From: Mobula birostris
Lineage: Eukaryota
DNA length: 64,000 bases
Direction: 5' to 3'
NCBI RefSeq assembly: GCF_030028105.1
Contig: NC_092394.1
Span: 25,154,752-25,218,751 of the forward strand
Positions 24,372 through 38,699 of this stretch are shown piece by piece (the first letter of the stretch is position 1; every line of letters begins with the position of its first letter). A program made the translations under genes and the position numbers. The notes beneath the pieces were generated by a model. That model did no database searches and had not been told where the DNA came from. It saw nothing but the letters and a program-made list of their open reading frames with translations.

Positions 24372-27300
24372 GTAAGGTAGTCTTTCATCTACCGCTTGGA
24401 CCATCATTCACACTTTTCTAAGTTTAAGATGCCATACACTACAAGACACAATACAACAAATGGCTGAACAATAAAGTGTTCACTTTGGTATGATTGCAGG
24501 TTTGTTGGAATTGGTGACATTAGTAATTCCACTAGCTTTCTGATTGGCTAAGTTCCAACTAATCATAAAATGGGATGAATTCCAGAAATTTAAGTTTTTA
24601 CAGGGCACAGAGTGCAAATCAGATTCACCTCCACCATGGTGGGAGCTGCTCTCCATATTCCCTCACAATACAAAAGAATTTCTTTCAGCCATTTGAGTCT
24701 ATGCTCAATAATTTTCCCGTGTGACTTAATCCTTCCACATTCCCCTGATGTCCCCCAGATTCCACAGCCACCTTGCTTGAGGAAATTCAGGGTGACCAGT
24801 TAATCTACCAACCTACCCATCGTTGGGGATGTGAGAGGAAATCAGAGCACCTGGAGGAAACCCACATGGGCATAGGGAGAATGTGCATTGAGCACAGGTC
24901 ACTGGCAACATGAAGGGGCACATACTAGCCCTGGCAATATGCTGCCTTGTTTTTTTAGGTTCTTGATTTGCACATTAATAGCAGGAGCTCCACAAGATTA
25001 TTCCTTTGGTTAATTTACTGACATCGAACTAAGCACTGGGAACTGGTGATGATACATATTTGTCCTCTGATTTTGCACAATATGCAAAGTGCATAAACTT
25101 GCTTGAAGTTTTAAGAACAGAATCCAGGCATTTTCAATACTATATCACATGTTTAGTGTAGACAACAGAGGACAAATTACAGCTTACCATGTTGTAGTGG
25201 ATGTCTATGAACACTCGAACGTGGCTAACTGAGTACAACGTGGTCCTGATTATGTTGTGAATGGATAAATAACAATCAAAAAGTTTGTGACTATATGTGT
25301 CTATCAGATTATATCTAATGACAATGCAAGTAATTTTCAAATTAGTTGAAGTAGGAATGTCTGTAGATTTGCGTTCTCTCAAAAAAGTGTTAAATTGGCT
25401 TATTATTGTGTATCAAGGTACAGCTTTCTTGCCTACTGTCCATACAGATCAATTTGTTACAAAAATGCATTGAGGTAGTTCAGGGTAAATCTACAAAAGT
25501 GCAAAATATAAAGTGTTACAGTTACAGAGAAAGTGCACTGCAGGTAGATAATAAAATGCAGGCTGGTACAATACTGCATCTCTCTCTGTGCGAATGCCAA
25601 ATTATCAGCAGATATACAACCATGATGCACCACATCTGGTCCAGGGAATGAGTCTGTCCAGCCCAAATACTATATTGTCCTAGTTCTGCCTTTTCAACAC
25701 TGACTCACCCCAGTGCCAATGGTCTCCAGGGCAGTCTTGAGAAAATATGTAGTCTGTGATGTCATCGGGGAAGTGTCTGGGCACCAGGAAACACTGTGTG
25801 AGCTGAAGCTTTGGGTCTTAGGTGTAACTCCTCTGTCTGCTCTGTGAATATGGGGTCCAGATTCTCACTGCCCTGCATAACTCATGCTCCAAAGCTCAGG
25901 ATCCACCCGATGTTCTGGGCTGATCAATAGTGTATTTGATACTGGCACCTTGGGCTAGAGATTCAGGGACAACAGCAAGCCCACTCTAATCTGTTTAGGT
26001 TTAGTTGAGATCCATGTCCCTGTCCAGCTCAGTGTACAGCACTGATGGACACTGATGTGGAAAGGAACTCCAGAGATATGGTAAGTGGAGCATCTGGTGG
26101 GGGGCATAGTCGGGGACAGTGTGGATCTTGGATTGAGTGTCTTCAAGGATGAGTTAAAACATTGCTATCAGGGTTAAAATAAAATGGTTTCCTATATGTG
26201 ACAATGGGAGTGGTTCAGACTGTCAACATGACCCACCTCTCAAACTAAGTTGTACACGACTCATTTGTAACCTATGGATTGCAAGTGGCAAAAGCTGCTT
26301 ATTAAAATAAGTGAACTGACATTATCTGCTTCCATCTTCAGTACACTATATGAAATTGAATTGTGTGTTTATATAAGGAATACTTTACATTACAAAATGC
26401 TCCACCTAACAAATCCCAGTGCTAGGGAAGAATTGTCTTTTTTTGTTATTTCATTTGATATTAAGATTTCAGATGATCATATTGTCCAGTTGGTGTTAGA
26501 GATTGATTTGTGTCTCTGTAAATGTATCCCCAGGTAAACCATTGAGGCTTCCTACATTGAATCAAAGCAAACATTATATGTAACATCAATACATTGCTAA
26601 TATGTACTCCATTTCAGGGAAGCAGATTTGTTTGTTAAATGTATTCTAGGAGAAAAAGAAAAAGAAAAAAATAGCATTACTTATCTGTACTGTACAGCAC
26701 GTACACCGAGACATATAGTAAAATGTCTCATTTGTGTCAGTGACCAACATAGTCCAAATATGTGCAGAATTGCACATAAAATGTGTGTGTGTATATATGA
26801 AATATGTTATATGATTGCTAGAAATACTCACTGTTTATAGCCTCAAATGCACCTGGATAGGGAGGGGGGAATGTTGCTGTGAAACTGCACCTCCAGCAGG
26901 ATTCTGCACTTTCACTTTCAGGAGCGGAAAAAAGAAAAAGAAGCTAAATTGTAAAATGGAAGAATTAACTGAACATGAAAGAAGACTCACAAAGACCAAA
27001 GAATGAGTCAAAAGTCTCAAAGTTTGGAGAGAACACTCAACAGCTTTAGCCCACATGTATAGGGTCTCTATCAATTTCTCTTTATAAACTTTTACAAGTG
27101 ACTTTGCAGCAAATAAATTTATACAAAAATTTAAAAACTAACCTGTCGATATAAATATAAACCCTTGAATTACCTACTTCTCTCTGCTCCTAAGAGACTT
27201 ATGGGTACTAAGGGACTGGAGGGCTATGGGGATGGTACAGGAAGATGGTACTGAGATTTTAGGAATGGCAGAGTGACACTGAAGAGTTTAAAGGCCTACT

Positions 27301-29475
27301 CATGGTTCTACTTCTTACATGATTAGTTATCAAAACAGCTGGGAAAGGATTCTTAGATAACTATGCCGTACATTCATGTAACTCGAGTTGTTTGCAATAA
27401 TTTCAACGCTCTTGCTTATGGCTTTGTTAAAATTGATCAAGAAAATTAAAAAGCCCAAAGATTTAGCTTAGTGGGTGGCAAAATGTGAACTGCACCCATT
27501 GAGAAGTTCTATATGTCTGAGCATGAACTGAATTTAATGATTGCTAACAGCAATTTTACTTCAGTCACAATACATTGCATTTGTGGAATAGCCTTGGCTT
27601 TCATTCACATTTAGAAAGATTTGCAATGCTTGATCAAAGAGACTTTTTTGGCATTGAGGTTGTTGTTGAGACTTGTCACTCAAAATGAAACTTTTCTCAC
27701 TTGCCAGAAGGCTCCTTCTACATAAATTTAGCTGTGATATTACAGCCAAGGCTATTTATTTTTGTGTGGTCTGCCTAAAGCATCAAAGCTTTAAAAATGA
27801 AAGGCAGCTAACATGCTGGAAATCTGAAATAAAAGCAGAAAATATTAGTAGCATTCGCCAAGTTGGGCAGCATCTGTGGAAGGAAAAACAAGGTTATTTT
27901 TCTCAGTCATAGACAATTTTTTGGTTTTCCTGAATGAATTTGCAGTGAATGCAACAGTAAATGAAAATTAACAATCTGTGCTTGTTGGACATCTGAAATA
28001 AAAGAGGAAGATGTAGTAATATTTAGCAGATTAGGTAGCATATTGACTTTATTTATCTTTCCATAGATGCTGCCTGACCTGCTGAGCCTTATCACCATGC
28101 TTTGCTTTCATAACAACAAAGTTTTAGCAGAATTTAGTATTATAGTTACTATTACCACTTCCCACAGTTATATACAGAATAAGCTATGATTGTGCAAAGT
28201 AGAAATTACACAATCTATATAATTGTTAACCATGAGTTTCAAGGAGACCCTTGTTTATCATAAATCCTTAATAACTGTTTGAATTGCATTTTTTAAATTT
28301 AATTGAGATGTTTCACTGATATAGCTAGCTACTTCATTTAAGAACTGGGATTGTTGAGCGATACTAAATGGAGTAGGAATATTGAAACCTAGATCAGGAG
28401 AGAGTGGACCACAGATTGGTGCTAGAAGATCCTTATAGAATAGAGGTTGCACAATAATGCTACTTGATTTGATGACCAAATTATATGCAAAAGTTGGTGA
28501 ACAATTATCGAAATGTGTCTGTCAGCAGAAGACACTGAACTATGACTGAGCCAGAACAATGAAATGTAAACCCAATAAGTTTTCACAGACATGGTGCCTC
28601 CAGCACACTTCTTTCATGTAGCAATCTTATGGAAATAATATGTTGGCATAAGACAGCATATAGACTGCATCAGCATTATGCGTAGACTGTGGTAATAACC
28701 ATTTGACTCAACTCATTCATGAATTAGTTGCACTAGCTTTGAACTCTAGTCAGAGATTTTTTTATATCTCTGTTTATGTAGAATGAATTAAAAAAGGTTG
28801 AAATTAGTGATGATGAAGGATTGCTGAGGACAGCATTAAAAACAGGTCTTCAGACGCTGTCACCATGTCTAGACAGGACAACACTTTCAGCCACTCACTT
28901 TTTTATTGCAAATTGCATTAAAGCTCATTGCATGTGTTTTAAGGTTGCAAAGATATTTCAGAATCCCGCTCCCCCCCCCCCCCCCCAACTTTCTGTGTTT
29001 GTGTGGCGGGGGTTGTTAAAATCCGCAAAGTAACAGAAAATAAGTTACGAATGGTGATAACATGAATGTTCTCTCTCAATCTGCACAGCCAGTTATTTTC
29101 AATTTGTATACCGCTCAATGCTTCTTTCCAATTTTATCACTTCTTTCCTGAAGCGAGTGTCTCAGTTAACCTTTAAGATGCTTATTCACGTGGCCGCACT
29201 TTTTGTAGGAGTGCAGGTGGTTCATGTCAGCTCTTCGTTCAACTGAGGAGGGAATCAGGACTAGCCTAATCCTGTTCTGGTAATGACCTATAGCTGATAC
29301 TAGACAGTGAACAAGAACAGAAAACCACTGATTGCTTTTGTTGCATTTTTAGTCTGAGGATATTGATCTGTTGCTCCCCACAACTCAACTCCATTCAGTC
29401 CAGTTTATTTGAAGGCAACTTTCAAATGTAAATAAGAACACAACTTTACTGTGATTTGTCACTTTGCTATTTCAG

Positions 29476-29567
29476 TGTTTCACAAAAGAAGCAGCCCTCC
29501 ACACAAAAGACATATTCAACCCCAAAGTGAAGCGTGCCTGCCACGATGACCGGACAGGAACAGTTGG
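29476..29567 (+). CDS. RAB34: RAB34 coding exon 2
   Basis: CFTKEAALHTKDIFNPKVKRACHDDRTGTVG; 92 nt; CAG acceptor, GTAGGT donor. Confidence 0.93.
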
Positions 29568-30409
29568 GTAGGTCCTTTCTAAAAACTTTCAAGCAGCTCT
29601 CATGAATGGATGTGGCCTATAAACTTCAAAGTAAACATAATTATATCTCTGAACTTGGTGAGAACAAATCCAATGTTTAGTAAGTTCCTTCTGTGAATAT
29701 TTTAGCCACTAGCAGACCGCTATAGCGTTGGCTGAATAAAAAAAGTGTATGTGGTGAGATCAAGGAAGTTGCTCTTGAGGTGGTGTGCCCAGTTGATCTC
29801 ACAAACGTTAGATGAATTAATTCAAAGTTTTATTACTTCTGGATTTTGATCATTTTTTTAAATGTAAAGGACCAAAGCAAGCAATCTAGTCTAGGTGTTC
29901 TTACTAAAATCAAAGTCATGTTTGTTGCCGTACACACAAGTAAATATATGTAGAGGTTCAATGAAAAACTTACTTGCAGCAGCAGCACAGGAACATTGCA
30001 TCATACAAGCAGCAGTCACAGGATAAACATAATTTATACACAACTTTTACAAGCAAGAACACTATTAGGATAAATATAAAGACCATTGTGGTGCAAAGTG
30101 GTTGCTATATTGAGGTAGTGATTCGGGTTGTGCAGGTTGGCTCAAGAACCAAATGGTTGAAAGGAAATAACTGTACCTGGTGGTGTGAGACATCAGGCTT
30201 CTGTACTTCCTACCTGATGGTAACTGCGAGAAGATGGCATGGTGCACATCTTTGATTATAGATTTTGTCGTCTTGTGGCAACACTTCAGAAAGTGCTACA
30301 ATTGGTGGAGAGGAATTCATGAATGATATATTGGGCTGAGTACAACACTCTTTGTAGCTACTTGTGTTCCCGTGTATTTAATTTACCTAGTGCCTGGATT
30401 CAGGACATC

Positions 30410-30700
30410 TTATCTGACCTGCAGAGAGGGGGAAAAGATCCAGTTGGGTACCAATATCCATAGGTAGAACTGGGAAAGAGGTTCTGCTGAAGGAATTTGA
30501 GGAGCTAAGGACTAAATTAAAAAGCAGAAACAAAAAGGTAATAATCTTTGGATTGCTACCTGAGCCAGGTACAAATTGGCATAAGGTCAATGTGATTAAA
30601 GATTTAAATGCATGGCTCAAAAAATGGTGCGTGGGGAAAAGGATTTGAATTTGTGGAATATCGGTTGGAGTATTAGGAAAGAGGGAATTGTTCTGATGAA
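30410..30700 (+). mobile_element. CR1 ORF1 (SGNH esterase-like) fragment
   Basis: EFEELRTKLKSRNKKVIIFGLLPEP..LNAWLKKWC. Confidence 0.7.
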
Positions 30701-30837
30701 TGGGCTGATACTTTGCTCTCTGGATCCCATTCATCTGCCTTCTCTCCATAACCTTTGATGCCCTTACTAATCAAGAACATATCAACCTCTACTTTAAAGA
30801 TACCCAATGTCTTGACCTTGGCCTCCACAACCATCTA

Positions 30838-30898
30838 CAGTACTGTGTAAAAGTCTTAGGCATGTGTGTGTGTGCCTAAGGATTTTCCACAGGTACTG
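30838..30898. mobile_element. Tc1/mariner-type MITE
   Basis: TA-flanked TIRs CAGTACTGTGTAAAAGTCTTAGGCA / TGCCTAAGGATTTTCCACAGGTACTG. Confidence 0.8.
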
Positions 30899-31559
30899 TA
30901 TTTGTCAACGTGGTGTGGAGGGTGAATTTGTAAATCTGGTAGGAGCAAAGGATGTTAGGATGGTGAGGGTGGAGAACAATGGGCGGGGTGTAGAAGAGGT
31001 GGCAGAGAAGGATTGCCAGGAGTGGGGTAGGGACGGTGGTGTGGGTGCAGACACACCCAGCCCTGAGACACCAGGCAAGCTCATTTGCTTCCTAACAACT
31101 AGCTTACTGATCTTTACAGAATGTCTCTTTGGTGCTTCCATCTCTTTCCTCTTTCTCTACCCCCTTCCCACTCTCGGTCCACAACAGAGACCCATATCAG
31201 AATCAGGTTGATCATCACTCCTATATGTCATGAAATGTGTTTTATTTTTTCATGGCTGCAGTGCAGAATTAGAATCAGGCTTAATATCACTAGCATATGT
31301 CATGAAATTTGTTATGCTGAAGTATATTGCAATACATAATAAAAATTGTAACTTACAGTAAGAAGTGTGTGTGTGTATATATATGATATAAAGTTAAATT
31401 AAATAAGCAGTGCAAAAAGAGAAAATAATGGTAGGTAGCGTTCTTGGGTTCAATGTCCATTCAGAAATCTGATGGCAGAGGGGAAGAAGCTAACATCAGG
31501 AACATTATTTAACCAAATTTTTATGGACTACAAATCAATAAAGAGAAAGAACTTTTAAC

Positions 31560-32255
31560 TTCATCTGCCCATTCACTTCCATTCAAGGCCCCAAGCAGTC
31601 CTTCCAGGTGAGGCAACATTTCACCTGCGAATCTGCTAGAGTCACCTATTGTGTCCAGTGGTCCTGAAGTGGCCACCTCTACATTGGTGAGACCTGTCGT
31701 AAATTGGGGGACTGCTTCGCCAAGCTCCTTCACTCCATCTGCCGAAAGCAAACTGCCCGCTGGCCAAACATGTTAATTCTGATTCCCATTCCTGTTCTGG
31801 CACGTGGGTTCATGGCTTCCTTGTGCTGAGATGAGGCCACCCTGAGGGGGGAGGAGCAACATCTTATATTCTGTCTCGGTAGCCTCTAATCCGATGGCAT
31901 GAATATCAATTTCTCCTTCCAGTAAAACATTTTCCCCTCCCCCTCCCCTCTTCTATTCCTCACTCTAGCCTCTTACCTCTCTCATCTGCCTATCACCTCC
32001 CCCATGGGTTCCCTCCTCCTTCCCTTTCTCCTATGGTCCACTCTCCTATCCAATCAAATTCCTTCCTCCCCAGCTGTTTACCTTTCCTACCCACCTGGAT
32101 TCACCTATCACCTTCCAGCTATCCTCCTTCCCCTCCTCCCAGCCTTTTTATTCTGGCGTCTTCCCCCTTCCTTTCGGCCAAAAATGTTGTCTATTTATTC
32201 ATTTCCATAGATGCTGCCTGACCTGCTGAGTTGCTCCAGCACTTTGAGTGTGCAA
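31560..32255 (+). mobile_element. Penelope-like element, degraded 3' fragment
   Basis: Nucleotide similarity to the reverse complement of 61540-62330. Confidence 0.85.
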
Positions 32256-34036
32256 CTTTTCACTAATATTTTGAAGAACTTAATATAAAGGATGTGTTAG
32301 ATTGAAGAATGCATTAGATTATGATCAAAACTGGAACATAATTACCTTTTTAAGTATTATTATTCTGTAACATTTATCTGATGAAACCTTGTCTATCAAA
32401 CTTTTTTTCCCTCTTAGGCCAGAGAGCTTGCTAAGCAGTAATTATGGCTTAGCATGCTATCAGTAAAGATTCACTAATATATTATTAAACAAAATGCAGT
32501 GTTTTAAGGGATTTTACAGCAAAGTTTGTTTATATGTAATGATTTGTCAGTTGACTCATTTCTCATGAATGAGCAGGGAAAAAAGATGCAAATAGCAGAC
32601 TTTGTAGGCAAGAGACTGACGACTGGCAGAATTTCGAGGTTTCCACAACGCTATACTTGTATAACAGTCCTAAAGTTCCAGTCAGTTTCATAATGTAATG
32701 ATAGTGACATTACACTATCAAACTGCATTACTGCATCCCTAAAATCTCGCAAATTATTAATGAAGGAAATTGGTTTTGAGAGTAGGCTGAACACGAAGAA
32801 TGCCTCACTTTTTCATTAATAATTCATGGTTTCAGCAGGACAGCTTATTTTTCACAAGTTTTCAGTTACTGGCTCTGAACTGAATACAGAAACTTCATTG
32901 TTTTCATAGTCCAGCCCTTTGCCATCAATGTTTTTTCTCATTAAATAATATAGACTGATTTAGAACTCAAGCATTTATTTATGCACTGTTTAATGAAACT
33001 GGCACCAAGCCATTATGTGCCACTGTGATACATTTAATTATTGGCTTATCTAGACCAAATCTGTTGCAATTACATTAAACACTTTTTATCTCATGTCAGT
33101 CAAATCAGGGACCAAGAAAAGTCTAAGTTTGACAAACATAAAATTCTCAATTTGGCTTTTTTTGGTTTAGAAAGATCAGACAAAGTTTATTCCAAAGTCT
33201 GTATCGGCTTTCTTGGCTAACTGACATTCATTTCTGATCCCAGTTGTTTGAAGAGCTTGCTAAACCATTTCAAAGGGCTGTAATACTTGTGTGTGATTGG
33301 AGTCACAAGTAGGCAGATGTTAGTGAATTGAGTGTTTTTTTTAAATAATTACATAGCTTCATGGGCAAAGTTTCATTTGAAACCAGATTCTTTTGCTGAA
33401 ATGAACTTAACGCATTGGAATTGAACTGACAGGAGCTGTCTGGTGGCTGAACATTTAACACTTAGTACGATGAACAACTGTTTATTAGTATTTCTAGGAC
33501 TCCAAGATTACTACAAGGAAATGTCCTTTAAGCCACACTGGTGGATTACTGAGGCTCAGACAGATAGGGTATATGGATAAAAAAATGAGGGACAGGATTA
33601 GTCTGCACTTAGAAAGGTGGGAATAAATTAAAAATAGTCACCATGGTTTTGTTTAGGAAAACTCCTATCTGACCAATTTAATTTTTTGAAGAGATAACAA
33701 AGGGTATTGATGTAATAAGGGTAGTACAATTGATGTAGGCAGCCTGGAATTCAGTAAAGCCATTGAGAAGGCTGCCCTGAAAGTTTAGAGTTCATATGAT
33801 CCAGGCCTAGTTGGTAAATTTGATCCAAAATTGGCCTGGGAATAGGAGAAAATGGTTGATCGTGGAGTGTTATTTTATTAATTGGAAGCTTCTGGTCTTG
33901 GATGTCCAAAAGGGATAGCTACCCTGATCTTGAAGATTATAAACATTTATGATTTGACTGTAAATATGGGAGGTATGATTAACAAGTTTGCAGATAGTCA
34001 ACAGAAAGAGTTGGTAAAATAGGCAGAGCAATGGCA

Positions 34037-34681
34037 GGTGGAATTTAATCATGATCCGGGAGGAGAAGATGGCAGCGCGCCTGTGTATGTGCAGCCCTCC
34101 GGTGAAAAATGATATCGTATCTGTTAAGTAGGGGCAGTGGACAATTGTGATTTAATGGAGAATGGACGTGAAAGCACAGAGGAACATCTGGAGAGATTTC
34201 TGAAACGCCCGTTCGCTGCTGTCGTTACTGTGTGGTCGGGAATCTTTCGGAGGGTAGGCCTCAAAATCCCCGGCCTTGCCTGCTTTTGGTGACCGAGAAG
34301 GAGGTCGAATCACTCGGACAGAGATGGCGCTCAGTACTCGGTGTCAGAGAGCTGATCAGAGCTCGAAGTTTTCGGATGACTCAGAGTCAGATTGTGGTCG
34401 GCATGGCAGGGAGAGTTTTTCTTCCTTCTCCCGTCTGCGTGAGATGTGGGACATTTGAGAAACTTTGAACTTTACTGTGCTCATGGACTTCATCATCAAG
34501 TTATGATCTTGTTGCACTGTTGTAATTATATGTTATAATTATGTGGTTTTGTCAGTTTTTTCAGTCTTGGTCTGTCCTGTGTTTTGTGATATCACACCGG
34601 AGGAAATAATGTATCATTTCTTAATGCATGCATTACTAAATGACAATAAAAGAGGACTACGTGTCTTCATAATCTAATCTA
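34037..34681 (+). mobile_element. ~650 bp non-autonomous retroposon with AAGATGGC head and (AATCT)n tail
   Basis: Homologous to 41499-42160(-) and 45448-45845(-); splits a CR1; AATAAA plus a 3' stem-loop. Confidence 0.8.
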
Positions 34682-35895
34682 AGTGTGAACAGATATATTG
34701 TGGGAGGACTAATAAGGTCCGGTCACAAACGAGTGGCAGGGCCTTACAGACTGTTAAGGAAAATCAGGATCTGGCATACAGTACAAGGAGCTGAGGTATA
34801 GAGGTTAAGATACAACTGTATAAAACATTGATTAAGCCACAGCTGGAGTACTGTGTGATGTTCTGGGTTCCACACGATGGGAAGGGTGTGATTACACTGG
34901 AGAGGGTGCAGAGGAGATTCACCAGGACGTTGCACGGATGGAGCAGTTCAGGTATGAAGAGAGACTAGATGGGCTAGTTTTTCTTTCCGGAGGAGCAGAG
35001 AAGATTGAGGGGGCCCTGGCTGTAGACTATGAACTTATTAGGGTCATAAATAGGGTAAACAGTAGCATAACAGAGGTGCCTGAAGCTAGTGGGCATAGGT
35101 TTAAAGCAAAGTGTAGGAGGTTTAGAGGGAACTTGAATTTCTCTCTTTTGAGGTGTTTTCCTTCACAAATTCAGTGACCAGTGGTGTTTCATAGGGATCT
35201 GTTCTGGGACCTGTGCGCTTTTAGGTATTTTTATAAATGACTTGGATGAGAAGGTGAAAGAGTAGATTAATAAGTTTGCAGATGACACAAAGGTCGGTGG
35301 TGTTATAGATAGTGTAGAAGGTTGTCATAGGCTATAATGGGAAACTGACAGGATACAGAGCTGGCTGGGAAGTGGCAGATGGAATTCAACCTGGAAAGGT
35401 GTGATGTGATTCACATTGGAAGGGCAAACTTGAAAGTAGAGTACCAAGGTTAATAGCAGAATTCTTAGCACTGTGGAGGAACAGATGGATCTCGGGGTCC
35501 ATAGATCATCAACTTGCATGGCAACTTTGAGCGGAATGGTTAAGAAGGTGGATGGTGTGTTGGCCTCCAGTAGTCAAGGGATTGAATTCAGGAGTTGTGA
35601 GGTAATCTTAAGAACTCTGGTAAGACCATACTTGGTATATTGTGTTCAGTTCTGGTCACCTTGTTAGAGAAAGGATGTGGAAGCTTTAAAGAGAGTGCTG
35701 AGGAGATTTACCAGGATGCAGCATGGATTAGAGAGCATGCCTTACGTGGAAAGGTTGAAATTTTCTCTTTGGAGCGAAGGACAATGGAAGGCAACTTGAC
35801 AGAGGTGGATAAGATAAGAGGGATAGACAGAGTTGACAGCCAGTGCCTTTTTCCTAGGTTGGCAATGAGTTATTTGAGAAGGCATACTCTTAATG

Positions 35896-35974
35896 CAGGG
35901 GTTCCCAACTTTTTTTATCCCATGGACCAATACCATTAAGCAAGGAGTCCGTGACACCAGGTTGGGAACCCCTG
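35896..35974. mobile_element. 79-bp hAT/Charlie-type MITE
   Basis: TIR CAGGGGTTCCCAAC / GTTGGGAACCCCTG; 8-bp TSD TCTTAATG / TTTTAATG. Confidence 0.88.
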
Positions 35975-37419
35975 TTTTAATGTCATTGGAGGAAGCTGTA
36001 GCGGGGATGCCAGAGATGTTTTGTACACAGATAGAGGCAGATACTTTAGGAAAATTTAAACAACTCTTAGATAGGCACATGGATGAAAGAAAAATAGAGG
36101 TCTATGTGGAAGGAAAGGATGAAATTAATCTTGGAGTAGGTTAAACGGTCAGCACAGTATTGTAGGCTGAAGGGCCTGTATTGTGCTGTACTCTTCTATG
36201 TTCTGTTGGCCGTTCCCTGCACGAGCCTTCAGAATTCCCGTAATCGAATACTAGGAAGAACTGGCATGTTGGGCAAAGGGCACTCAGCACCTTTGGGTTG
36301 TTGCTAGCTAAGTGAGATCTATGTTTTGGGAATTTTGAGAAACTATCATTCTCTGACAGCAATATGAAAAGAAGACCTACAAGCAATTTGTCTTGGCTGC
36401 CCTGTGCTGTAGGGAGGATTCCATTAACTCCAGCAGCACATATATATAATCAAGTGCACCTCAATCATATCCTTAATGTCGAGTACTTCAACATTAGCCA
36501 AATAAAATCAGTAAAAGCAGGGGCTGAAAGTCTGAACTGGAAACTGAAATAGTGAAAATACTCAGCTAGTCAGGCAGCATTTGTGGAAAGAAAAAAACAG
36601 AATTAATGTTTTAGGTCAAAGGTAAAAGATTTGTGGGGAGGGGGTGGAAATGAGGTTTCTGATCGGAAATGTTACTGTTTCTCTTTCAACTGATGCAACC
36701 GAACCCTGGGGAACATTTCCACCAATGTTCCCTCTTTTTTTTTACAGCTGCATGGACCAACCATTGCTCTAAGCAGAAAATTCTTGCATGGCCTGAAATC
36801 TGCTCAGCACTTCAAATGTTTTTTTTTGTAATATACATATTATGAATATTTAGAATGAAAATTGAAAAATCACATACTTTTGATTTTATTTATTATTTGA
36901 TGAGTATAATGAAATAAAGTACAACAAAGAAAATCCTTTCATGTTTCGGAAACTTTTTCAAGCTGCGTCCAATTCCTCTTGCACAGCAAAACCTATGTGT
37001 GCGGGAGCATTTCAGTTACTGCACGGCCACAAACCTGCGCAGCTTAGAGGGAACAATAATTTCCACCCTTTTATGCTTTTATTTTAACTTCACTCTACAG
37101 TAAGAAAGAATAATGTCTTCTGGTTGTAGCAACTGTATGGATGGTCAAAGAAAGAAGTTGACCATTGAACCAGCTCTTGTCCTTTGTGGGGGGAAAATCT
37201 GATCTGGTTTGTTTTTCCAGTAATTGAGAACTGCCCCCATCAGAGAATGCACTGTTAAGTAGTTACAGTTTCTGAGAGTGAAAGCTATGTAGCCAAACAG
37301 TTGTAAAATTGAATGTTTTCATGGTTTCCTAATAATGTCTTAAGCAATTCCAAACATGCAGCTTAGAACTCTTAGTACCAGTGATGGGGCAAGTGAAGTT
37401 GAGTGAAGGTATCCCATTT

Positions 37420-37965
37420 GGTTCAAGGGTGGGGTGAAATTTGTTTGCTGAAAGGAGAAACTGATATTCATGCCATTAGGTTGGAGACTACCCAGATGGA
37501 ACAGAAAGTTTTGCTCCTCCACCCTGAGGGTGACCTCATCTTGACACAAGAGAAAGCCATGGATAGACATGTCAGAATGGGAATAGGAACCAGAATTAAA
37601 ATGTTTGGCCTCCAGGATGGTGTGGAGGTGCTCAACAAAGCGGTCCCCCAATTTCTGACTGGTCTCACCAATGTAAAGGAGGCTACATCAGTGGAGGTGA
37701 GGGAGAAGGTGTATGGGCAGGTGTAACACTTCAGCGGCTTGCAGGGATAAGTGGCAAGAGGGGTATTACTGGGTCTCACCAATGTAGAGGAGGCCACATT
37801 GGAGCACCAGACATAATAGACAATGCCGGCTGATTCGCATGTCAAGTGTTACCTCCCCTGGAAGGAGTGCCTGGGGCCCTGAATGGAGATGAGGCAGATG
37901 TATGGACAGGTGTAGTACTTGGGCCATTTGCAGGGTAAGTGCCAGGAGGGCAATTAGCGGGTTGG
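37420..37965 (-). mobile_element. Penelope-like GIY-YIG fragment with internal rearrangement
   Basis: GDRFVEHL..KHFNS..SDMSIHG..EEQNFLFHLGSLQPNGMN; duplicated blocks at ~37661 and ~37772. Confidence 0.85.
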
Positions 37966-37973
37966 TTGTTGTT

Positions 37974-38581
37974 ACCGTACAGGAGAGAAGAGAGGACCAC
38001 AGCTTTGTACATTTGCGAAACCTGGGCCCTGTACTGCAGGCACATCAAACAGCTGGAGCAGTTTCACTTGCGCTTTCTGCGGTCGATCATGAGGAATCAC
38101 CAACCAGGAAGTCCTTGACAGAGCCAACAGCACAAGCATTGAGGCAAGGATCCTCCAGGCCCAGCTATGCTGGATTGGCCATGTAATCCACATGGGTGAA
38201 ACAAGAATCCCCAGGCAGCTGCTCCACGGTGAGCTTGAGCATGGCAGTCGCAATCAGGGCCGTCCCAAAAAAAGATTCAAAGACAATCTGAAATCGTACA
38301 TCAAATGCGCAGACCTCCAGCCTCGACAACTTGAGGAGTCCGCAGCTGACAGAGCTGCGTGGCGCGCCCTAACCAGAAAAGCTGCATCTGACTTTAAGGA
38401 TGACCGAAATCAGCGCCTTGCAGCAGTACGAGCTGTGTATGCACCTGTTCTAACAACCGCCATTCCATGTCCAACCTGCAACCACATGTGTGCTTCGGCC
38501 TTCAGCCTCTGAAGCCACATGCGTATCCATAGATCCCTGCACAATGTTTTAATCTTCCTCGGACTTCGAGAGACAACCACC
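37974..38581 (+). mobile_element. RTE-clade LINE 3' fragment with 5' inversion
   Basis: CETW..WIGHV..RIPRQLLHGEL..GRPKKRFKD..DRAAWR..CPTC..H..H; TSD TGTTGTTACCG. Confidence 0.92.
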
Positions 38582-38699
38582 TGTTGTTACCGCACAGCCA
38601 GATTTTCAAACTCCCTCCTGTATTGTCACCTCCTTTGGAGCACTGATGTTTCTATTCTGAAAGCATGAGTTCTCTAATCAGTGTTGTGTTTGCATCCTG

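Larger units (their letters stand above)
33560..36205 (+). mobile_element. Cluster of degraded CR1 fragments with nested insertions
   Basis: LVRPYLVYCVQFWSP and FADDTK-type motifs; interrupted at 34037-34681 and 35896-35974. Confidence 0.85.
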
